Assembly: GCA_030167145.1 (NCBI GenBank)
Contig: CP126532.1
Location: 1,770,001 to 1,802,000 of the forward strand
Origin: Ktedonobacterales bacterium
Lineage (GTDB): Bacteria > Chloroflexota > Ktedonobacteria > Ktedonobacterales > JADMIN01
Reading direction: 5' to 3'
Length of the DNA: 32,000 nucleotides
Shown here: in pieces, positions 9,218-15,607 of the stretch
Layout of the letters: the number at the start of each line of letters is the position of its first letter
How positions within the stretch are numbered: the first letter of the stretch is position 1
Program-made: the position numbers and the translations under genes
The notes under the pieces: model-generated
Seen by the model: the letters and a program-made list of their open reading frames with translations, nothing else
The model's database searches: none
What the model was told of the DNA's origin: nothing

Positions 9218-10168
9218 TTAATCCATCACGGGTTGGACATAGTTTGGATCAGCCTTCACCGGACCATAATTCAAAGGATTATAGTCATCTACAACTTTGC
9301 CATCGTAAATGAACAATACGCGTGCGACTCGTGACGGATCTTTTAGTCCCGGATATGGTGAAAAAACCGCGCGCGCCGCATACTCGTTCAACTGTGCCTG
9401 GCTGAGTGTGGCAGCCCCATCCACTTTCCGCAGGTCCACGACTACAATAGATGCCTGCTCAGCGCCCTTCTGAATGATGGTGTTGACGATTCCTCCTGGA
9501 TAATTGCCTTCAGTGTTATCCCATTTGGTCCCCTGGTCAGGAGTGTACAGGTCTACGGCAACGTGGCCAGACTCAAGCCTAAACGGATACAATCCAGCGG
9601 CATAACTCTGCTGGATGTATACGTCATAGTCAGGGCATTTCCCTGCCGGATAGCAGTTGACCAGCTGTCCATTGACCGCCAAGGTGTCTTTTAAACGTGT
9701 TACATGGATACCAAAATAGCTGGCCAAGACCGATCCGTCCTCACTCTCCTCAGGATCAGTTCTCCAATACTTTTGGTCTGTGAAGCATCCTTTCGGATAG
9801 CAGTTGTCATCTTCTTCCGTCAGCCCCCATCCTACCGTGTACGATCTGGGATTTGGCTTCCGCCAGTTGCTCCAAAAGGGCCAGCCGCCACCGGTATTGC
9901 TATCACAATCATCGCACACCCGATGCCCGCTCGGATCGGTCTTGGTCTCCGGGTTGCCACCGACATACGCATACCGGTTCAGCCCACCCTTGGCGTCCGT
10001 ATCCGCTTGCGCGAACTGCCCCACCGCCGGGTCGTAGTAGCGTGCCCCGTAATAATCCAACCCCGTGCTCGCGTCGGCATACTGCCCGGTGAAGCCCCGC
10101 GCCGTCGGCATCGTCCCCGATGCGTACCGGAACGTGCCATATGGACCATACAGCGTGCTCGCCGTCAC
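9218..10168 (-). CDS. Orphan Rhs C-terminal fragment: ~80 aa of core end plus a ~230-aa uncharacterised toxin domain
   Basis: ...GPYGTFRYASGTMPTARGFTGQYADASTGLDYYGARYYDPAVGQFAQADTDAKGGLNRYAYVGGNPETKTDPSGH, then a novel tail (RVCDDCDSNTGGGWPFWSNW...). The track start is a GTG with no RBS. The frame opens directly behind the stop of the preceding gene. Confidence 0.75.
   Translation of the reverse strand: MTASTLYGPYGTFRYASGTMPTARGFTGQYADASTGLDYYGARYYDPAVGQFAQADTDAKGGLNRYAYVGGNPETKTDPSGHRVCDDCDSNTGGGWPFWSNWRKPNPRSYTVGWGLTEEDDNCYPKGCFTDQKYWRTDPEESEDGSVLASYFGIHVTRLKDTLAVNGQLVNCYPAGKCPDYDVYIQQSYAAGLYPFRLESGHVAVDLYTPDQGTKWDNTEGNYPGGIVNTIIQKGAEQASIVVVDLRKVDGAATLSQAQLNEYAARAVFSPYPGLKDPSRVARVLFIYDGKVVDDYNPLNYGPVKADPNYVQPVMD
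9930..10087. repeat. Rhs core-end homology block, 158 bp, 100% identical to 13738-13895
   Basis: Base-by-base comparison of ctcggatcggtcttggtctccgggttgccaccgacatacgc...gtcggcatactgccc in both places. Diverged copies lie at ~11960-12140, ~16440-16600 and ~5840-5960. Confidence 0.9.
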
Positions 10169-10234
10169 GCTAGCGCTGCACCTGCACTTATGCTGCCCAG
10201 CCCATCGCTATGTCGCCTGGCCTCGTGCCCACTT

Positions 10235-11077
10235 CTACTCTAGCGCTACCGCCCATTGAAAAGGGTGACCGGTGGCACGCTCCCACTTTGCAATGGCTTC
10301 GCGCAAGCGCGGCGCATTGCGCTCATAGAGTTCCTGGTTCGTGGCTAGTGTACCTGAGGGTGGATCAGCTAACGTGATCACGAGCGGTGGGATGGCTCCT
10401 TCGCGGTCATCCCAGGTGAGTTGGGGGTTCTGCTGCCGTAACTGCTTCCAGTTCTCACGGACTTCGGCAAGTACAGCGCTGTTATCCCGCTGAAACACCG
10501 AGACAACCCCGAAGCGCAAGCGCGCGGTCCAGGGGGCAAGACCTTCATCCCGCACTCGCTGCGCATCCTCGCCGGTTGTCCCTGCCGAGAGCCGCAAGGA
10601 GCCAACATTGCGCAGCCAGCGCTGGCGCAGCGTTCCCTGCTCATCGCGCACCGAGGCCAGCACATCCAATTGGATACCGGCACCTCTGACATAGGGCAGC
10701 GGCACCACCCGCTCCTCTAGACGTTCCAGCAAGTCAGGGAGGGTGTCAGACTCGACAGAGAAGGGCGGGCCAAGGACGCTTGGGAAAGTGGTTTGATATG
10801 ACCCCCGTATTGTGTTCCGAACAGAGGCAACGGAAGCAAACGCCTCGGCAAACAGACGTATCTGTCGCGCAAGAAACACGCCGACCTGTGTTTCCCCTTT
10901 CAGCCCGCCTACTCCTATCGCCATTGCGCCAAGTTCAGCCAGGTCGTCGTAATACCAGGTATCCAACCACAACGACAGGATTTCCTTGCCAAGCTCCCCA
11001 TCGAAGAGACCATAGTTGGTATAGGCCTCGGGATGGATGCCTGTCCCATCCCGTTGACTGACATGTGACGATGGCAT
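10235..11077 (-). CDS. Putative immunity protein for the upstream orphan Rhs-CT (no recognisable family)
   Basis: 280-aa ORF with a strong RBS (AAAGGAGAG-4 nt-ATG at 11077), downstream of the toxin ORF. The assignment is positional only. Confidence 0.5.
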   Translation of the reverse strand: MPSSHVSQRDGTGIHPEAYTNYGLFDGELGKEILSLWLDTWYYDDLAELGAMAIGVGGLKGETQVGVFLARQIRLFAEAFASVASVRNTIRGSYQTTFPSVLGPPFSVESDTLPDLLERLEERVVPLPYVRGAGIQLDVLASVRDEQGTLRQRWLRNVGSLRLSAGTTGEDAQRVRDEGLAPWTARLRFGVVSVFQRDNSAVLAEVRENWKQLRQQNPQLTWDDREGAIPPLVITLADPPSGTLATNQELYERNAPRLREAIAKWERATGHPFQWAVALE

Positions 11078-11114
11078 ACATCTCTCCTTTTAGGGAAGCA
11101 CATCTATTCGAAAT

Positions 11115-11176
11115 GCACTTTGCCTAAAGCACTTTGCCTAAAGCACTTTGCCTAAAGCACTTTGCCTAAAGCACTT
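11115..11176. repeat. Tandem repeat, 14-bp unit GCACTTTGCCTAAA x 4.4
   Basis: Four perfect units (11115-11170) plus the partial unit gcactt. It lies in the 147-bp gap between the toxin stop (11225) and the immunity start (11077). Confidence 0.9.
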
Positions 11177-11224
11177 GAGCTTCACTCCACTCGCCAGTTG
11201 CACATCCTTATGGCTACGGCAATC

Positions 11225-12166
11225 TCAATCATAACTCGCTGGATCAGGACCAGGCCCCCAGCCAAAGGTATCATACTCAACAACTCCGTTCAAAATAAAG
11301 ATGACACGTTTGGGCACCGTTGTGCCCCGCGCCGTATTCGTAAGGTAATCGCCAAAGTCAACAAGCCCTTGGCTTGACAGCCCTTTGAGGTAGTTGTTCT
11401 CGCTCATATCGATGACAATAATAGGCGCCTGGCCAGCCGCCTTCGCGCGTGCCCTCCTATCAATGGTTCCCCGAGTAGTGTCTGCCTCTGGAAACATCAA
11501 ATCCATTGGAGTAGCCCCACCCAGGCCGAATTGTGCGCCGGGCCAACGTAACGCAGGGAAGGCTTGGAATAGGCCAACCAAATAATCAGCCCGCTTAGGG
11601 GTGTTCGGGTTGTTTCCATCGGACCGATCTTGAATGTAAACGGTGAGTCCGAAGTACGCCATCAGAACATAGGCATCCGCTGTCTCCTGATTATCTTCCC
11701 TTGTTCGATGGAACCCAAACACTTTCCACAAGTCCCCATCAAAACCTCGATCATCGAAAACCTCAGGCGGCAAAGTATTCCCATCGTGGCGGTGTTGCGC
11801 TATGTACTCGGCATAGTCAGTCCAACTGCCAAAGTCACCACCGCTCCCTCCGCCGCCATCTGCGGCGCTACTTCCACTGAAACCGCTAGCGCCACCGCCA
11901 CCACCACCACCGCCACCACCGCTGCCACAGCTATCATCCTCCTGGCAGTCGCGCCGATGCCCGCTCGGATCCGTCTTCGTCTCCGGGTTGCCCCCCACAT
12001 ACGCATAGCGGTTCAGCCCACCCTTCGCATCCGTATCCGCTTGCGCAAACTGCCCCACCGCCGGGTCGTAGTAGCGTGCCCCGTAATAATCCAACCCCGT
12101 GCTCGCATCGGCGTATTGCCCGGTGAAGCCCCGCGCCGTCGGCATCGTCCCCGACGCATAGCGCAC
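11225..12166 (-). CDS. Orphan Rhs C-terminal fragment: ~70 aa of core end, a poly-Gly linker and an uncharacterised toxin domain paralogous to 9218-10168
   Basis: (V)RYASGTMPTARGFTGQYADASTGLDYYGARYYDPAVGQFAQADTDAKGGLNRYAYVGGNPETKTDPSGH, then RRDCQEDDSCGSGGGGGGGGGGASG... The tail aligns by eye with the 9218-10168 tail: AYFGLTVYIQD vs SYFGIHVTRL; QAPIIVIDMS vs QASIVVVDLR; KRVIFILNGVVEYD vs ARVLFIYDGKVVDD. GTG start with no RBS, and an in-frame TGA 3 codons upstream. Confidence 0.75.
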   Translation of the reverse strand: MRYASGTMPTARGFTGQYADASTGLDYYGARYYDPAVGQFAQADTDAKGGLNRYAYVGGNPETKTDPSGHRRDCQEDDSCGSGGGGGGGGGGASGFSGSSAADGGGGSGGDFGSWTDYAEYIAQHRHDGNTLPPEVFDDRGFDGDLWKVFGFHRTREDNQETADAYVLMAYFGLTVYIQDRSDGNNPNTPKRADYLVGLFQAFPALRWPGAQFGLGGATPMDLMFPEADTTRGTIDRRARAKAAGQAPIIVIDMSENNYLKGLSSQGLVDFGDYLTNTARGTTVPKRVIFILNGVVEYDTFGWGPGPDPASYD

Positions 12167-12188
12167 ACTAGTTCATGCTACATGAGAG

Positions 12189-12737
12189 TCACTCTATATA
12201 TATGTGATATTGCCGAATCTCTGCGCTGTAGCTTTCGCGGATGTGCCGCACAAGGTCATGACTCGGTATCCGCAGCAGTATATCTGGAATATTGATGGGT
12301 GAGGGAGAAATCTTCGCATTGATTAGCATCGTCCATTTTTGAAGAATCGTTTGTCGAGAGAGCAAGGGTTCGAGATCCCGCGGAACAATCGCTAAATATC
12401 TCTGCGTTAGCACTCTATAAGATGAGATGGCCGCAATTTCTTCCCACTTGATAAGTCCAGCGCCGAACAGCGTAGTATTATCCCAAATGCCGGTATCGTT
12501 GACAAGAAGAGCGGGCCGGGGCGAAATGAGCGTGAAGAGGGCAGAGATACCTCCAAGAGCACAAAATGGCACTACTAAACACACAATGATGATGGACGTG
12601 AGAGAATTCGCTATGAGGTCTCGCGATTGGATGGCATATAGCACTCCTACTCCGGCACTGGTTAGCGCGATTAGAGCCAGAAACGCGGCGAGTCCCTTGC
12701 GTGAACCCAACGCTAGACTCTTCCCAGGGCAACCCAT
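12189..12737 (-). CDS. Two-TM membrane protein with a C-terminal soluble (bacterial PH-like?) domain; putative immunity for the glycine-zipper Rhs-CT
   Basis: Strong RBS (AAAGGAGGG-tat-ATG at 12737). Two hydrophobic helices: LAAFLALIALTSAGVGVLYAI and IIIVCLVVPFCALGGISALFTLI. Visibly AT-richer than its surroundings. The PH-like call is a guess from the architecture. Confidence 0.55.
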   Translation of the reverse strand: MGCPGKSLALGSRKGLAAFLALIALTSAGVGVLYAIQSRDLIANSLTSIIIVCLVVPFCALGGISALFTLISPRPALLVNDTGIWDNTTLFGAGLIKWEEIAAISSYRVLTQRYLAIVPRDLEPLLSRQTILQKWTMLINAKISPSPINIPDILLRIPSHDLVRHIRESYSAEIRQYHIYIE

Positions 12738-13100
12738 ATACCCTCCTTTGATTAACGCCGCTGACGTCTAGACTTGCCGACACACTACTTACTTGGTCAT
12801 GCGTAAGCTTCATCATGATCAGCATACTTGAATATGGCCCATTTCTCAAGATCCTGATTGTCCAGCTATCAATAGAATACGCAAACGAAACACACCTTCG
12901 TTGCTTAAAGCTGGAATGTCGGCTCAGCCAGAGGAGAACGTTTATCAAGCGGTTGCATGACATAACTATGCGTCCTAACTATAACGTGTTGACTTATCAG
13001 GCCAATTGTCATGGCCGCGCCGCATGGTACAGCTATGATTTTGGCACAGATGTACTCGCACTGGCCACGGCCGGCTCCTGATAAATACTTGGGCGACGAC

Positions 13101-14411
13101 TCATAGTCCACTCATAGGAACATCCGGAAGGTAATTCGGATCGCCAGTGTAGCTGTTGTTCGGAAGTTCATTAGCTTGCACTATTTGATCCCCCAACCAG
13201 TTGCCTACCAACGCCCCACCAAATGCACCAACAGCAGCACCAACAAATGGGATAGGTATCAGTGCTTGGCCAATGGCGGCGCCAGTGAAGGCAAATGCGG
13301 TTGTAAATGTTGCGTGTAGTGCCCCAATTCCCACAGCTTGAGCGACACCATCTTGTGGACGAGCAGCGTAATAGCTGGTGCTTGTGTTATACCAATCGGC
13401 AGCGAAGCCTGCAGCTGCTAGAAGGAGGGCCACCCCATCAACAACCCATCCATAGCGTTCAAGAAACGCTATCTTGCCTAGACTGCCAGGCGCTCGACGC
13501 CAATATGAATCCACTACGGTGCCATCCGCGCGAGTATAACCTTGCACAAATACCGTCTTCTTGTTCAGAGCCGCAATGGCACGAGCAATCCTTTCTTGTT
13601 CAAAACCAACGACTATACCTTGACCAGCCAAAAAATCACCCTCATTATGTAGCAACCACCGATAGATATTGAATGGGGAGCTGGTCTGGCCACTACTACC
13701 ACTCCCACCGTCACAATCATCGCACAGCCGGTGCCCACTCGGATCGGTCTTGGTCTCCGGGTTGCCACCGACATACGCATACCGGTTCAGCCCACCCTTG
13801 GCGTCCGTATCCGCTTGCGCGAACTGCCCCACCGCCGGGTCGTAGTAGCGTGCCCCGTAATAATCCAACCCCGTGCTCGCGTCGGCATACTGCCCAGTGA
13901 AGCCCCGCGCCGTGGGCATCGTCCCCGACGAGTAGCGGTAGGTGCCATACGGCCCATAGAGCAGGCTCGCCGTCACACTGGCGCTGCCCCCAGCCAGCGC
14001 CACGCTCACACTCCCCAGCCCATCGCTCGCCAGATAGCTCACGGTGCCACCGACGTTGAGCGCCGTCACGATGCCCGGCACGGCATAATACTTGGTGACC
14101 GTCGTGCCGGTGATCTCCTCCAATCCCCCCGCCAGGTAGTACGTCCGCGTGGTGGCGCCGCCGCTCACCACCTTCTGCCCGATGCGCTGCCCCTCGCCGT
14201 CGTAGGCATAGCTCACCGTCGTCGTCGGGCTGCTCGGCGCGTTCTGCCAGCTCACCAGCCGCCCTTGGGCATCGTAGGTGAGCTGCTGCCCGGTCGGCGT
14301 GCCTGCACACGTCGTCAGGTAGCTAGGCGCACGGTAGGTCATGTTCCCTGCCGCGTCATAGCTGGCGGTGTAGTATGGCCCACCGCTACCATTGCTGCCC
14401 GCCGCTGTCAC
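13101..14411 (-). CDS. Orphan Rhs C-terminal fragment: ~235 aa of core end plus a glycine-zipper membrane-type toxin tail
   Basis: (V)TAAGSNGSGGPYYTASYDAAGNMTYRAPSYLTTC... is colinear and nearly identical with the main Rhs up to ...GGNPETKTDPSGH. The tail ends in a Gly/Ala-zipper hydrophobic segment: AVGIGALHATFTTAFAFTGAAIGQALIPIPFVGAAVGAFGGALVGNWLG. GTG start with no RBS; the frame opens at a TGA ~14458. Confidence 0.8.
   Translation of the reverse strand: MTAAGSNGSGGPYYTASYDAAGNMTYRAPSYLTTCAGTPTGQQLTYDAQGRLVSWQNAPSSPTTTVSYAYDGEGQRIGQKVVSGGATTRTYYLAGGLEEITGTTVTKYYAVPGIVTALNVGGTVSYLASDGLGSVSVALAGGSASVTASLLYGPYGTYRYSSGTMPTARGFTGQYADASTGLDYYGARYYDPAVGQFAQADTDAKGGLNRYAYVGGNPETKTDPSGHRLCDDCDGGSGSSGQTSSPFNIYRWLLHNEGDFLAGQGIVVGFEQERIARAIAALNKKTVFVQGYTRADGTVVDSYWRRAPGSLGKIAFLERYGWVVDGVALLLAAAGFAADWYNTSTSYYAARPQDGVAQAVGIGALHATFTTAFAFTGAAIGQALIPIPFVGAAVGAFGGALVGNWLGDQIVQANELPNNSYTGDPNYLPDVPMSGL
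13738..13895. repeat. Rhs core-end homology block, 158 bp, 100% identical to 9930-10087
   Basis: See 9930-10087. Upstream of it, 13900-14420 is additionally near-identical to ~16600-17100 of the main rhs gene; for example, caccgtcgtgccggtgatctcctccaatccccccgccaggtagtacgtccg occurs in both. Confidence 0.9.
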
Positions 14412-14517
14412 CGCGTGCAGGTGGCTGTTCTTCGTCGCCCGTGGGTGCAGTCAGGGCGCCAGCTTTGCATACGTCTTCTACCGCAATGGTCCTGACGGCA
14501 GCACCCGTTCACCCTGC

Positions 14518-15480
14518 CTACCCATACCAGCCATACTCCCGTGCCATCCGCTCAGACCGTGAACGATTACCAATCTGGAGGAGCTTCTCGCGTTCGTAGA
14601 GCTGCAAGTATGCGTTGCGTGTCTCCAGGTCCAGGCCGTAGAGCCGCTCCAAGAAGTGGTCGAGGTCTGCACGTAGTTCCGGCAGATCCTGCCACCACTG
14701 CTCCTCGACCACAGGATACCGCTCATGCAGATACCCCATCAGCAGATGCACCGTCCACAAGGCGAGCGTCCTGGCACGGTCAGTGGCGCGCTCAGGATGG
14801 GCAGGAGCCACGCCAGTTAATGCACCCACCGCCCCCAGTTGCCCCAGCGCATAGACGAGTCCATCTTGATACCCCAGCAGCACCTGCAACTCTGACGCCA
14901 CGGTAAGCAATTCATTATCCTGCGCTGTCATGTTGTCGAAATCCACAATCTCTCCGCGAAACAAGATCGCTTCAGGGTTGAACGAATAGCTCCCCGTGAC
15001 CGCAATCGTCGCCTGCAGCGCACGCCGCAGGGCGGGGGCCGCCACAGGATCGCCTAATCGTCCTAACAGCCCGGGAATGTCAGCCTGCCACGATTCCAAG
15101 AAGCTCGCTAGTTGTTCTCGCCAATCGTCGTAAGGCGGCTCGCCAGGTAGAAATTCGCCGAGCAGTTCCATCAACGGCTGCACCGCCCGCTTGTCACCTG
15201 CATGCGCGAGAGCAATACGACATGCTTGCCGCTCAGCAACATCAGAACTCTCCATGAGAGATGCGAGGTAATCCCTGGCTTGCGGTATCCTCCGGCAGCC
15301 CAGCGCGAAGAGTGCAAACAGCCTATCGTTCCCCTCTGCCTCGTGGTGCATGCGCATCAGCGTCGGCACATCAGGACTGCCCCATCGGCTGTGCAGCCGC
15401 TCTAGCTGCTCTTCCATGTCATGCTCGCCGTAATCCAGCATGGCTGCGGCATAAGTCAAACCGGGATCCTGCTCGTCCAT
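14518..15480 (-). CDS. HEAT-like repeat protein; putative cognate immunity for the Rhs deaminase tip
   Basis: 320 aa, with GGAGG 5 nt upstream of the ATG at 15480. It is the first gene downstream of the main rhs. HEAT/PBS-lyase-like repeat strings: SSDVAERQACRIALAHAGDKRAVQPLMELL and LGRLGDPVAAPALRRAL. Confidence 0.55.
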   Translation of the reverse strand: MDEQDPGLTYAAAMLDYGEHDMEEQLERLHSRWGSPDVPTLMRMHHEAEGNDRLFALFALGCRRIPQARDYLASLMESSDVAERQACRIALAHAGDKRAVQPLMELLGEFLPGEPPYDDWREQLASFLESWQADIPGLLGRLGDPVAAPALRRALQATIAVTGSYSFNPEAILFRGEIVDFDNMTAQDNELLTVASELQVLLGYQDGLVYALGQLGAVGALTGVAPAHPERATDRARTLALWTVHLLMGYLHERYPVVEEQWWQDLPELRADLDHFLERLYGLDLETRNAYLQLYEREKLLQIGNRSRSERMAREYGWYG

Positions 15481-15607
15481 CTCAGCCTCCAGTACCGCGT
15501 GTTACCATCATCGCTGGTTACAAGTCGTCCTGTACATCACCTCCAGTCTATCCAAGTCGGTGACGCAACGACTCCTAAAGATGCCCGACCATTTTATGAA
15601 ATGGCTA

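Noticed and set aside
9218-12166. A PD-(D/E)xK nuclease assignment for the two paralogous orphan toxin tails
   Set aside because: A D...D-x-x-K-like string exists in one copy (VDLRK), but the other copy has IDMSEN at the same position. The putative catalytic Lys is therefore not conserved, and no assignment can be supported by eye.
12738-13111. Small ORFs in the AT-rich spacer as immunity genes: 68 aa on the minus strand at 12905-13111; 88 aa on the plus strand at 12815-13081; 161 aa on the minus strand at 12478-12963
   Set aside because: None has a convincing RBS, a hydrophobic helix or a recognisable motif. The 161-aa ORF overlaps the well-supported 12189-12737 gene out of frame. The region is kept as unassigned rather than annotated.
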